From: Mobula hypostoma
Taxonomy: Eukaryota
Assembly: GCF_963921235.1 (NCBI RefSeq)
Contig: NC_086108.1
Coordinates: forward strand, 89,406,001-89,470,000
DNA: 64,000 nt
Direction of reading: 5' to 3'
Both the position numbers and the translations under genes were made by a program. Each line of letters opens with the position of its first letter. The stretch's first letter is position 1. Shown here in pieces: positions 50,438 through 62,496 of the stretch. Under the pieces are notes generated by a model that saw only the letters and a list, made by a program, of their open reading frames with translations, did not search any database and had not been told where the DNA came from.

Positions 50438-52695
50438 CAGGGGTGTATGGACAGAAAGTAGCACCTATGGCAAGCACTGAAATTGTGCCCTGTCCAAACA
50501 TCTGACACCCATCTTTTAGATAACTTTACCATAATATGAGCTCAAGAATACAAGTCAAGCTCGTTAATCTTTTAATTAACAAATTATGGCACTACATGAA
50601 AATTATAACTGCACCTTCCTTGCTTTCACTGATGCAAATTGGTCTATGATGTGATCAAAGTCAGTTTTTTCAGTCTCTTCTCTTTCTACACTCAGCAGAG
50701 CAAGATCACAGAGTCTGCCTTGACCCATGGAGGCTCTCAAATATGAAGGTATTAATTTTAACTTGCTGAATGATCCCTCACAGCTGGCGATGGAAACTCC
50801 TCTCAAAATCAACTTCCACATTCCCTCACTACTTCTGACATCTGCTCACGGTGTGCCTGATTAGGAGTCGAGTCGAACATGAGAGCATACTACTTGGCTT
50901 TACGAATGCTTCTCAGTAAACTCTGGCGAACAGTGGATGCCATCATGTGGATGAATTCGTTCTGGACACCCGGTGAAAGATAAGGCGTGGATCAAGGATG
51001 ACTTTCCAAATGAGTGAGGTGTTCTTTTATGACAGGGTCAAAAATGGCCAGTAGTTTCAGTAAGCCAAGGAAATTTCCCACGTTGGAGGCTGAAGTGACA
51101 CCCTGTGTCCTCGCAATCAGAGATTAAGGGAGCGAGGGCTTTACTCTTTTGAGAGAAGGAGGATGAGAGGAGACATGATAGAGGTATACAAGATATTAAG
51201 AGGAATAGATAGAGTGGACAGCCAGTGCCCCTTCCCCAGGGCACCACTGCTCAATACAAGAGGACATGGCTGTAAGGTAGGGGGTGGGAAGTTCAAGGGG
51301 GATATTAGAGGAAGGTTTTTTACTTAAAGGGTTGTTGGTGCCTGGAATGCACTGCCTGAGTCAGTGGTGGAGGCAGATACACTAGTAAAATTTAAGAGAC
51401 TACTAGACAGGTTTATGGAGGAATCTAAGGTGGGGGATTATATGGGAGGCAGAGTTTAAGGGTTGGCACAACATTGTGGGCCGAAGGGCCTGTACTGTGC
51501 TGTACTATTCTATGTTCTATGTTCTAAAGCCAGGTTCTGAGTCGCAAGGAATTTTATGCAGTGAAGGATTCTCATCAAGATATCACGCCACTTCTGCTTT
51601 TCCTTCTCAATCTGTGACTGAAATACCACGTCAATAATCCTCTGTTTCCAGCTAAATTTCGTTCCATTTTTTTCCACTGTGTGAAGCATTCCCGATGATT
51701 CTTGGCATTTTCATGAACATTAATCCTTTCAGGTGCTTTCCACTGGTTGAATCCACTTTCCTGCTCCAATGAGGATTGATGGTCTGACTGGGAATAGAGA
51801 AGACAACAGATACAAATTGCAGACTTTTTAGAAGGGGAATAGACCAGCCATGAGCGAATCACTTCCTCACCACGACCATTTCCCAATTTCCTCTTGAACC
51901 AAGATTTGTTCATTGAGCGGTTATTTGTTGGTAGGAAAGGCCCCTCACTATTCTGGAAATACTTCAAACCCAGCTTTATTATTTCTGTTCTCAACGTGTC
52001 AGGCAGAATTGCTTTTCCAGTATCCTTGTCGAACTATATAAGTCCAATGTCATGCTGTCCAATCACTTCTGGTATGACAGTTCGAGGGTCTTTGACACCA
52101 TCCAGTTCACTAGGTTCAGTGTCGTCAGGTTCAATCTCGTCAGGTAAAATCTCGTCAATAAACTCAACATCACCACCACAATCGTCTTTCCCTCCTGTCA
52201 TGTCCACGCTCTCTGTAGCAGCCTCACTGTTAATCTCATCATACTCGGATTTATCTGACTTGACTTCCTCCTCGGCTTGTGACACATTTGTACTTGATCC
52301 ACCTTCAGATTCTAACAAACTTGTAGCAGGTGCAGGCGACTGCATGGAACGTGTTGAATTACTTGTTCCGGGCTTTTCAAAGAAGGGCATGAAAAACGTG
52401 CTCAATTTCTTGGCTTCCTCTGCCTCCAACTTTTGTCTCTTCTGTCCTTTAGCTCCACTTTCCTTCTTCGTCAAGAAATGTTTCATTGTCTTCTTACACA
52501 ATGCTCTGAAATAAGGCCATCCTAGTGCTTCTCACCCATGATAGTCAAAGACAGATCATACATCTGAAGAAAATTCTTTTTTCACTATCCAAGGATGGCT
52601 TGCCTGACTTTAATAGAAACTGCTCAGTGGCGCCCCCCCCTTCAAGTGGCGCCCAGGGCACGTGCCATACCTGCCATACCTTAGATATGCCACTG
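50438..52695 (-). mobile_element. hAT DNA transposon (copy 2), internally deleted
   Basis: Highly similar to 11605-14641, with TIRs CAGGGGTGTAT / TAGATATGCCACTG and TSD GCTGGAAA / GCTGGAGG. About 1.2 kb of the transposase core is missing at ~50797. Confidence 0.95.
51117..51526 (+). mobile_element. CR1 3' fragment nested in hAT copy 2
   Basis: RRRMRGDMIEVYKILRGIDRVD with a (TTCTATG)n tail. The hAT sequence is contiguous on either side. Confidence 0.9.
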
Positions 52696-53904
52696 GCTGG
52701 AGGAACTCAGCAGGCCAGGTGGCGTCGATAGAAATAAGTACAGTCGATGTTTCAGGCTGAGACCATTTGGCAGGACTGGAGAAAAAAAGACGATTGAGGT
52801 GATAGGTGAAACCAGGAGGGAGAGGGATGAAATAAAGAGCTGGGAAGTTGATTGGTGAAAGAGATACAGGGGGCTGGAGAAAAGGGAGTCCAATAGGAGC
52901 AAACAGAAGGCCATGGAAGAAAGAAAAGGTGGGTGGAACACCAGGGGAAAGTGAAGGGCTGGCAAGGAGAGAAGGTGAGAGAGGGAAAAGGGGATGAGGA
53001 ATGGAGAAGGAGGTGAGGGGGCATTACTGGAAGTTTGAGAAATTGATGTTCATGCTATCAGGTTGGAGGCTACCCAGACAAGGAGTCTTCCTGCCACCTT
53101 ACCAGGGATGGGGCTCCTCTTGTCCTCACCTACCACCCCACCAGCCTTCGTGTCCAGCACATAATTCTCCGGAACTTCCACCATCTCCAACGGGATTCCA
53201 TCACCAAGAACATCCATCCCTCCCCCCCCCCCACCATTTTCTGCTTTTCTCAGGGATTGCTCCCTAAGCGACTCCCTGGTCCATTCGTCCCTCCTCACTG
53301 ATCTCCCTCCCTACACTTATCCTTGCAAGCGGAACAAGTGCTACACCTGACCCTACACTTCCTCCTTTTCTACCATTCAGGGCCCCAAACAGTCCTTCTA
53401 GGTGAGGCAACACTTCACTTGTGATTCTTGTTGGGTTCATATACTGTGTCCAGTGCTCCCTATGTGGCCCCTTGTATATCAGTGACACCCGACATAGACT
53501 GGGAGACCGTTTCGATGAGCATCAATGCTCTGTCTACTGGAAGAAGCGAGATCTCCCAATGGCCATCCATTTTAATTCCACTTCCCATTCCCATTCTGAT
53601 ATGTCAATCCATGGCCTCCTCCACTGTAGTGATGAGGCCACACTTAGGTTGGAGGAACAACCCCTTATATTCCATTTGGGTAGCCTCAAACCTGATGGCA
53701 TGAACATCAATTTCTTGAACTTCAGGTAATGGCACACTCCCCCCTTTTGTTCTTCCTTGGCCTTCTGTTCTCTCGTATCAGACTCCCCCTTCTCCAGCCC
53801 TGTATCTCTTTCACCAATCAGCTTCCCGGCTCTTTACTTCATCCCTCCCCTTCCCAGTTTCACCTATCTCCTTGTGTTTCTCCTTCCCCTCACCACCTTT
53901 TAAA

Positions 53905-54655
53905 TTAGATTAGAATAGATTCAACTTTATTGTCATTGGGCCGAGCACAGATACAAAGCCAATGAAATGCAGTTAGCATCTAGCCAGAAGTGCAAAGAAG
54001 ATTGTTATCTATAAAATAACTGTGAATAAAAAGTAAGTGCTACAGCACACAAGTATAAAAGTACTGAGACAGTACAATATGGGTGCAATACTGCTTAGCG
54101 CTGTGATGTGAGGTTCAGCAGGGTCACAGCCTCAGGGATGAAGCTCTTCCTGTGCCTGCTGGTGCGGGAGCAGAGGCTCCTTTAGCGCCTACCGGATGGA
54201 AGGAGAGTAAAAAGTCCATGGTTAGGGTGAGGTGCATCCTTGATAATGCTTTTCACCCTGCCCAGGCAGCGTTTATGGTAGATATTCTCAATGGTGGGCA
54301 ATTGGATGCCGATAATCTGCTGGGCAGTTTTCACCACACGCTGGAGTGCTTTGCAGTCTGATACGGGACAATTGCCATACCACACAGAGATGCAGCTGGT
54401 GAGTATGCTCTCAATGGTACAGCGGTAAAAGTCCGTCAGTATCCTGGGACAGAGGTGAGCTTTCTTGATGCTCCGCAGGAAATAAAAGGCGCTGCTCTGC
54501 CTTTTTGATCAGGATGGAGGAGTTCAAGGACTAAGTGAGATCCTTGGAAATGTGAACACTGAGGAACTTGAAGCTTGATACATGCTCTACTACAGCTCTG
54601 GTAATGTAGATGGGGACGTGAGTGCGGCTCCTAGCATGCCTGAAGTCCACAATGA
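53905..54655 (-). mobile_element. Rex-type LINE 3' fragment nested in Penelope
   Basis: IIVDFR..SFKFLSVHI, WYGNC..ALQRVVKTAQ and HPNHGLFTLLPSGRR. Confidence 0.88.
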
Positions 54656-54675
54656 TCGCCTCATCTTTTTTTCTC

Positions 54676-54712
54676 CAGTCCTGCCGATGGGTCTCAGCCG
54701 AAACGTCAACTG
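54676..54712 (+). ncRNA. Minimal type-I hammerhead-ribozyme-like motif in a Penelope terminus (variant core)
   Basis: CAGTC-CTGCCGA-T-GGGTCTCAGCC-GAAAC-GTC-AACTG. Related copies at 9730-9756, 27935-27957(-), 38794-38818, 40897-40933 and 52741-52778(-). Confidence 0.55.
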
Positions 54713-54852
54713 TACTCTTTTCCATCGATGCTGCCTGGCCTGCTGGGTTCCTCCAGCATTTTGTGTGTGTTGCTTATCATCACCCCCATATGTCATGAAA
54801 TTTGTTTTTCTTTAGCAGCAACAGTACAGTGCAATACAAAAAAGTACTGCAG

Positions 54853-54913
54853 TACTGTGCAGAAGTCTTCAGCACACTAGCTATATATAAGTTCTTAAGA
54901 CTTTAGCACAGTA
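54853..54913. repeat. ~60-bp Tc1-like TIR pair
   Basis: TACTGTGCAGAAGTCTT ... AAGACTTTAGCACAGTA inverted repeat. Confidence 0.55.
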
Positions 54914-54984
54914 TTGTAAAGATACAAATATGCATATAAGTTTTATCAATTTTTCACCTAAACTAGAGATTCTTCAAGTACTGG

Positions 54985-55939
54985 AAATCCTGCTCTACTT
55001 GCTTATGGCTGTGTGGTTAATCACAGCTCCAATGCCTTATTTAAGTTTGCTGATGATACCACTGCCACTGGCTGAATCAAAGCTGGTGATGAATCAGCAT
55101 GTAGGAAGGAGATTGAGAATCTGGCTGAGTGATATCACAATAACAGCCTCTTACTCAATGTCAGCAAGTCCAAGGAGCTGATTATTGACTTCAAGGGGCA
55201 GGACACCGGCGGTTCATGAGTCAGTCCTCATCAGGGGAATCAGATTTGGAGAGGGTCAGCAACTTTAAATTCCTTGGTGTTATGCATCTCAGAGGACCTG
55301 TCCTGGGCCCAGCAAGTAAGTTCAATTATGAAGAAAGTATGGCAATGCCTCTACTTCCTTGTATGTTTGTGAAGATTCAACAAGGCATCTAAAACTTCGA
55401 CAAACTTCTATAGATGTGTGGTAGAGTGAATATAGACAGACTACATCATAGCTTCATATGGATACGTCAATGCTCTTGAGTGGAAAATCCTGTGACATGC
55501 AATGGATACGGACCAGTCCATCTCAGGTAAAGCCCTCCTCACCATTGAGTACATCTACATGAAGCATTGCCACAGGAAAGCAGCATCCATCATCAGGGAC
55601 CCCAACACCTAGAGCATGCTCTCTTCTCACTGCTACCATGATGAAGAGGGTACAGGAGCCTTGGGACTCACACTATCAAGTTCAGGAATCAGTTATTACC
55701 CCTCAACCATCAGGCTCTTGAACCAGAGGGGATAAATTCACTCAAATTCACTTGCCCGATCACTGACCTGTTTCCACAACTATGGACTCACTTTCAAAGA
55801 CACTTTATCTCATGTTCTCGATATTTATTGCTTATTTGTTATTATTATTGCTATATTTTTCTTTTGTATTTGTGCAGTTCATTGTCTTTTGCACATTGGT
55901 TGCTTGTCCGCCATTTTGAGAGCAGTCTTTCATTGACTC
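54985..55939 (+). mobile_element. Decayed Rex-type LINE 3' portion
   Basis: KFADDTT, NFKFLGV and HALFSLLP-like motifs, followed by a T-rich 3' UTR. Confidence 0.8.
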
Positions 55940-56435
55940 TGTGATGTACGCATCTATCTCTTTTAGTGCAATGACTCCCCTTAGCACTACTTACAGACTG
56001 ATAATTTACCCATGCGCATTGATCCATTGCTCTCTTGCTGCAAATTGAATATACCAGTTAACCTCACCTCTGTATGGGTGTTTTTATTTAATTGATATGT
56101 AGTTGTACAGACACAACAAATTAGCAACGAGTACGAACCTGAACGTTGGCAAATATCACCAACTGCACCAACAGTTACGGGATGACAGAATTCGGAGGAA
56201 GGGAGAGAGGCAGCGAGAGGAAAAGGTGAATCAGTACAGAGAAGGCTGTCACGGCGCTAACAAAGAGATTCGTGAGTAACAATGCATGGTACACAGTGAG
56301 AGATGCACAACTAGCAAAGTTAAAGTGAAAATAATGTAACAATGGCCTTAGTTCGGAAAGTTGATCAATTTGCTAGTGCTAATGAGGACTGGGAATTGCA
56401 TATCGAGAGGGTTGAACTGTATTGTAATGCGAACG

Positions 56436-58639
56436 TGTGACAAGAGTCCTTGACAGCGGTTGGCTTGGACCCAAATGCTGGAGTGTTTGACACTGGGATC
56501 GAGACATGGTCTCAAACGGGATCAAGAAAGTGAGCACAAAACAAATGCTAGGCAAAATCACTCATAGCCTTACTATTGAGCACTGAACCTATGATCAGGT
56601 GTTCCTTAAATTCATAATTCTTGGCACCCAAAGCATAATTATCAATTAGCGGCAATGTCTGAAGTCCTTAAAGGGGCTATCTGTACTCCGGAGAGTTACA
56701 GTGTTTAAATCTCATAAACTGGCGTGGTTGGATGTGTCCCATAACTGGACCACCTCCCCTACAGCTGACTCCCTGTGGCCCTGGTTGCTCGGCGAGGCGA
56801 TGATGGTGATTGGTGGATGAGAGTCAGATCCAAAATGTCTCCTTCTGGCACCCAGCACCTTTCCTCCAGTCTGAATCCCTCCCAGTCCATCAGGTATTGC
56901 TGAATACCTTGAACAGTACACGAGTCCAAAAGTCTTTTCACCATGAAGGCCTGCTCCTCCTTGATAAGCCAGTGTGGCAACAGGCCTGATGATGGTGGGC
57001 TAAGGGGCAGGTGCAGACAGGTTTTAATTTGGATGTGGAATGTGGGGTTGATCTTTGGAGAAAAAAAGAGATGTGGAGTAGATTTAAAAGGTGGGGAGGG
57101 GAAAGAGAAACATATGGTGATAGATGAAACCGGGGGGGGGGGGGGGGATGAAGTAAAGAGCTGAGAAGCTGAGAAGTTGATTGGTGAAAGGGATACAGGG
57201 TTGGAGAAGGGGCTGTCCAATGGGAGAGAGCAGAAGGCCACAGAAGATAGAAAAGCGGGGAAGAACACCAGAGGGAGGTGATTGGCAGGCAAAGGAACAA
57301 GGTGAGACAGGGAAAAGGGGATGGGGAATGGTGAATGTGTGGGGTGGGGCATTACCAGAAGTTTGAGAAATCGATGTTCACGCCGTCAGGTTGGAGCTAC
57401 CGAAATGGAATATAAGATGTTGTTCCTTCAACCTAAGTGTGGCCTCGTCACGACAGTAGAGGAGCCCATGGATTGACATATCGGAATGGGAATGGGAAGT
57501 GGAATTAAGATAGATGGCCACTGGGAGATCCTGCTTCTTCTGGCGGACGGAGCGTAGGTGCTCGGCGAAACGGTCTCCCAATCTACGTTGGCCCTCACTG
57601 ATATACAGGAGGCCACACTAGGAGTACCGGGCACAGTGTGTGACCGCAACAGACTCACTGGTAGGACTGTTTAGGGCCCTGAATGGTAGTGAGGGAGTAG
57701 GTGTAGGGCAGGTGTAGCACTTGTTCTACTTGCAAGGATAAGTGCCAGGAGGGAGATCAGCGGGAAGATCAGCATGGTGGTATAGTGTGGTTAAGGCCTC
57801 TCTGTTCCATCTACTCTCTTGAGCCAAGGACCAAAATTCAGTCGCATACTCGGCTGCCAACCCTCCACCCAGTCAAATCTCCACCAGCCGGTCTGAGGCT
57901 GAGGTAATGGAACACCTTCCTCATGACAGGCATGAATTCCTCTGAATCCGAGCAAATCTCTGACCTCCATTTCCAATGCACGGTGATCCAGGCCAGGGCT
58001 CTTCCAGTCGGAAGTGACATAATGAAAGCCACCTTTCCACGCTCCGAAGAGAACTGGGGCGGCTGGAGTACAAGTATTAATGAGCATTGGACAAAGAAAC
58101 CACAGCAAGAATCCGGGTCACCGTCAAATCTATCCAGGGTTGGAAGATGGATGGCCCAGCAGAGTGAAAGACAGCCTCACATGAATGAAGTTGGCTTCCT
58201 CCCTGAAGAAGTTGGCACACAGCAACCTGGAGGCTGTGTGTCTCCAGGCTCTATCTTGAAATATCTTCGCTGTGGCGGGTCACAGCAGGCGATAAACTCT
58301 GATACCCCACTGGCTCCATGTTAGCTCAATCATACTGGTACGAGAGTCCTTGACAAGGATGGATTGGACCCAAATGCTGGACTATCCAAAGCTGGGATAG
58401 AGACAGGGTCTCAAACAGGATCGATAAACTGAGCACAAAACAATCGCTATACGAAATCACTGGTAGGCTCACAATTGTTCAGGTGTTCCTTAAATACTCA
58501 ATTCTTAGTGCCCAAAACATGATTATCAGTTAATGGAAACATCCTAAGCCTTTAAAGAGGTTGCGCCAGCTCTCCATACTCCAGGGAGTTAGAGTGTTTA
58601 AATCTTGTAAGCTGGTGTGGTTGGGAGCATCTCGTAACA
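56436..58639 (-). mobile_element. Gypsy (Sushi/chromovirus-like) LTR element, non-autonomous derivative
   Basis: LTRs 56436-56746 and 58336-58639, perfect 5-bp TSD GAACG and PPT AGGGGAGGTGGTCC. Gag DRFDGDPDSC..KVAFIMSLPTGRALAW; chromodomain VKRLLDS..QYLMDWEGFRLEERCWVP. Confidence 0.9.
57053..57765 (-). mobile_element. Penelope-like 3' fragment nested in the LTR element
   Basis: GDRFAEHLRSVRQKKQDLPVA..EATLRLKEQHLIF. Confidence 0.88.
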
Positions 58640-59239
58640 GAACGACATGGATGAGGAAAAGAAAGCCTCCTCACTTCTTAGCTTAATGGGTGCTAAAATG
58701 TAGAGGCTCCTACACAACTTAGCAACTTCTGACAAACCAGCAAGCATAATATTTGACAAAATTGTTGCAATTTTACAAAATCACTTGAGCTCTAAAACTC
58801 TAGTAACAGCTGAGAGATTTAGATTTTACTAAAGGAACCAGTCAATGGATAAAAGCATTTCTGAACACACTGCAGAACTGTGCAGACTTTCCCAATACTG
58901 TGACTTTGGAGATGAACTTTCTGATGCATTAAGGGACAGGCATGTATGTGGTATGAAAGGTCAAAGCACTCAAATGAGGCTACTGTCAGAAAGAGACCTA
59001 ACCTTAGAAAGGCCATTGACCATTGCAATATTGTAGGAGGCTGCAGCAAAGGATGCAGCAGAACTACAGAAAAATAATTTAGAATGTGAAGTGCACCAAA
59101 TGTCCCTGAATAGAGCAAAAAGCCAAAAATCTTATCAGCGTGGCAAATCTCCCATGATGCAAATACTGTTGGATCAAAGAAAAAGTCTGCAGAATGTATC
59201 ACAGACAAGGTCCCATAGAGAGAGTTTCTCTGGTGTAAC

Positions 59240-62200
59240 TCAGATCCCTTCCCATCTATTTTCCCCAATATCTTTCTATTCTGATTTTTACAACTAATCA
59301 TCTATCTTAAGGAACCAGTCTTCATTACAGAGTACAGGTACTGTTATACTTTAACACGCTGTTCACGGTTTGCTGTCATGCTCTCTCGGTGTCTTCTGAA
59401 TTTACAATTGTGGTGGGTCTGCATCCAACACGTGCGGTCAGAGGTGGTGCGGCCTGCTGGTGCTCATCATTTAGGTTCCCTGCAGTGACACTGTTACTTG
59501 TTACACTTGATGTCTTGCTCTGTCAGTGAGGGTGACAAGAAGGTGAGTCATACATGTTACGTACCCCGTAACTGGGTTGCCAAACCAGCAGAAATGGATC
59601 ACTCAGTTGGAGTCTGGATTACTAGAACTAAGAAAGTTTTATTAAAGAAACAAGCAACACAGTACTCTAATCAAAAGGATAATAAATGCAACAGTTCAGC
59701 AATGATAAACACATTATTACACAGAATTAAGATAACAGGATCAATCAAGCTCTATCGTTGTCTAGGGGTAAATGGCCAGTTTCAAAGTGACGCAAAGTTC
59801 AGTTCAATTTAGTTCAGTTCAGTTCGCAGTAATCGCTGCCGTGGGAGATGGACAATGGGGGGAAGGAGAGAGAGAGCAAAACGAATGAATATTCAAACGG
59901 CTTCCACACACAGACCTTCGATATTCTTCGCAGTCAGCTTTCGTGCGAGCCCTTTGTGATGTCATCTGAGGTCACCGACCGTGACCCCTCCGTTTCCAGA
60001 TACGATCGTTTCTCTGCGGTGAACCTGGCACCCAGGCAAGGGTGGACACACACCAGGTTCCCGCCGATCGTGCCTTTCCACCCTGTGCGTCTATGGCTTG
60101 ATCGCGCGACCAGCCGTCCAAAACTTCCCACCAACTTGTGGGAGACGCACCGCTTCTAGGGTCTCATTACCTCGGGGTGTCATGTGTGTCTTGCCTTAGC
60201 GAACCTGTCCCTTTTTATCCCCCTGCTGGGGTATCGCCTGTCCATCACTTCAAACAGTTCAGGGTTCAAAGGGGGAGCCGATCTTGACAGCTCTCCTTCC
60301 GTTACTCTCTCCCGTCCCTTCATTAACATCTCCAAATGCTGCTCCATTGTTTTCCTTATCTCTCTTTCTCCTGAAGACAGGTGGCAGACCAACTGCTGAT
60401 CCCACTGGTGCCAGCCCAGGCCAGCTAACTTCTTAATTTCTGTGTATTCTCGTCACATACATTTAACCTAAGTCCAGTATTCCCACTGGCTGCCTCGCCC
60501 GGACTGTACACTAACATAGGTGTCATTTGTCCAGAGCCCCACCTGGGATTCTATCCACCTGGGAGAGAAACCTTCTTTTCAGGCAGCTCCCTCACCATAA
60601 CTTGGTCACCTGGCTGTGGAAGGACTATCTTCTTTCCCTCTGGCTCTCTCTGATCAGCAATATGTTGCTGCTGTTTTGCTTGAACCCTCACTGTGTTACC
60701 TTGGTTACAGTGGTCCTTCTCATCTCCATGTAACCTTACTAAATTGGTGTTTGTAGTTTCTTCCTGTACACTTGTAATTTTTGTTGCTTCTTGTTCTTCT
60801 GCTGCCTCCTTGCACTGATGTCTGCCCACTTGTTCCTTTCCTGCTTCTTACTATCCCTTTTTTGGTGAGACTTTACTTTAATCAGTGCTACCTCCTCAGC
60901 CAGCTGGACTACTTCTAACAACTCCTGACTCCATTCGGCCCCTACCCTTGGAACCTCCTGACATGATTCCCACACTTCGCCCTGTCTCTCCTCCTTGCTT
61001 AAGGGTGCCAACTCTCTGTGAGCCATGTTAGCTGCTCTGCGGGTCACAAAAGTTTGCTGTCTCTATCTTGTCTAAGTTATTTCTCCTTTTCCTGAGTCTA
61101 TGATAGCACCTGCCTTGTTCAGTGTGTCTATCCCAGGATGGTACCTTCATTGTTGGGGCACACCCAAGAATCTACTGGAAGCTGCACTCTCTCAATCTCA
61201 AGTACCTGGGGCTGACATCTCTCTGCCCTCATTGTTTCACCTCCTGCATTGGTAATGTAAGTCGCCTCTCCAGTCGTGGGCAAGGGTAGAATAGTTATCG
61301 ATACTGACAAACCCATGTCCACTACATTTCACATTGCCGGCCCCCTAATAAACATCTTGTGTATATCGGTGAATGACCATCACTGACAATAGAGGCTGCC
61401 ATCAGCCGTTTGTCTGATCTCAACAGCTCAATAATCTGTTCAGCAGTCAAATTGGGAAGAGAGGGTGCTGCTGTGGATTCTTCCTGCTTTGGTGAGTGAT
61501 TTTCACACTTTGCCCTCTTTTCGGGACACTGCCTCCAACCATGACCAGAGAAACCGCAGTTGTAATAAATCATCTCCTTTACCCTTCCACATCTATTCCA
61601 GCGGGTCCTTGCTACGTGGGACCCAGCTGCTGGCACACAAAGCAGATCCTCTGTGACATCACAACAGCTACATCCACTACAGCCCCTTGATGGTCTCTCG
61701 TCCCCTCCTCTGGTCCATCTCACCGTACATGATACTATTGCAGAGTAGGTCGATCCCACCACTACCCTCAAATCTAAAACTTTTTGGTAGGCAGAGCTTA
61801 GGCTTTCCTTTAGCATTTTCCAGAAGACTGGGCCATTCTTCTTTGGATTATTCAATCTTGAGTACTCATATGATTGATATATACATTCTGCATAATCCAT
61901 GCCAGGTTCATTACCTCTCAAAACCTCTGACATTATCATTCCCCAGTTAATCTCAGCTCCCCCAGCCTCTGCCTCACTTACTCCTTAAAGAAGCAATACC
62001 TCGTTTCATTGCTGGCATTCGCAGTAGTTGTCCATGTACCACCCTGCACTCCCTGGGCCATACTGTCCTTGGGCTTTTAGCTTTTACCAACACTTGCATA
62101 TCTTTGGGGTGCATTTGGTGAACTTCAATCATTTCCCCGAGCTTGCACCAGAATTCTGAATTCCACCAACACTCCAGATATCCAAAATTAATGTCAATCA

Positions 62201-62470
62201 CCACTGACTCTGGACTGTATTCATGCATATGCAGACATCTCAGGACAATGGGTTACTTCTTGGTTTGCAATCAAATCCATTCTGCAGTTCCAAGAACACC
62301 ATTGTTCTAAGCTGCATTTTAACCTTAATCAACAATTCACATTCATGTCTGAAGACTGATTACTGTTGAAATTAATGTTTGCTATACACCATAACTCCAG
62401 AATACACCTCAACACTTACCGATCTGGAATTTCTTACCATTCTTAATTTCCAATTGGATTTCATGCTGAC
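59240..62470 (-). mobile_element. Retrovirus-like LTR element relic: gag (Zn knuckle) - protease - RNase H - integrase C-terminus; RT and integrase core not seen
   Basis: YNCGFSGHGWRQC knuckle; protease-like DMGLSVS..ILG; RNase H LLEVVQLAEEVALIKVKSHQK..NKWADISAR; IN tail QPGDQVMVRE. Confidence 0.65.
59555..60457. mobile_element. 903-bp solo LTR
   Basis: Termini TGTTACG / CGTCACA with a 4-bp TSD TACA. CpG-rich. Interrupts the host integrase C-terminal coding. Confidence 0.85.
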
Positions 62471-62496
62471 TACCTCATAGATCTTATAGACATTCC

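Larger units (their letters stand above)
50375..54773 (+). mobile_element. Penelope-like insertion with inverted 5' pseudo-LTR, later invaded by hAT and Rex elements
   Basis: Minus-orientation tail 50375-50437 and 52696-53075; plus-orientation GIY-YIG (FIYCVQCSLCGPLYISDT) 53080-53900; end 54656-54773. 10-bp TSD TTATCATCAC (50365-50374 and 54774-54783). Confidence 0.85.
55940..59230 (+). mobile_element. Gypsy LTR element relic (5' LTR, PBS, gag), split by another LTR element
   Basis: TG..CA segment 55940-56118 followed by PBS-like ATTAGCAACGAG. Gag MALVRKVDQF..EDWELHIERVELYCNAN (from 56342) resumes at 58645 with DMDEEKK..AERFRF..ELCRLSQYCDFG..ALRDRHVCG. Confidence 0.8.

Noticed and set aside
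57790..58320. Domesticated PEG10/RTL1-like gag gene
   Set aside because: Lies between paired LTRs with a TSD and is frameshifted.
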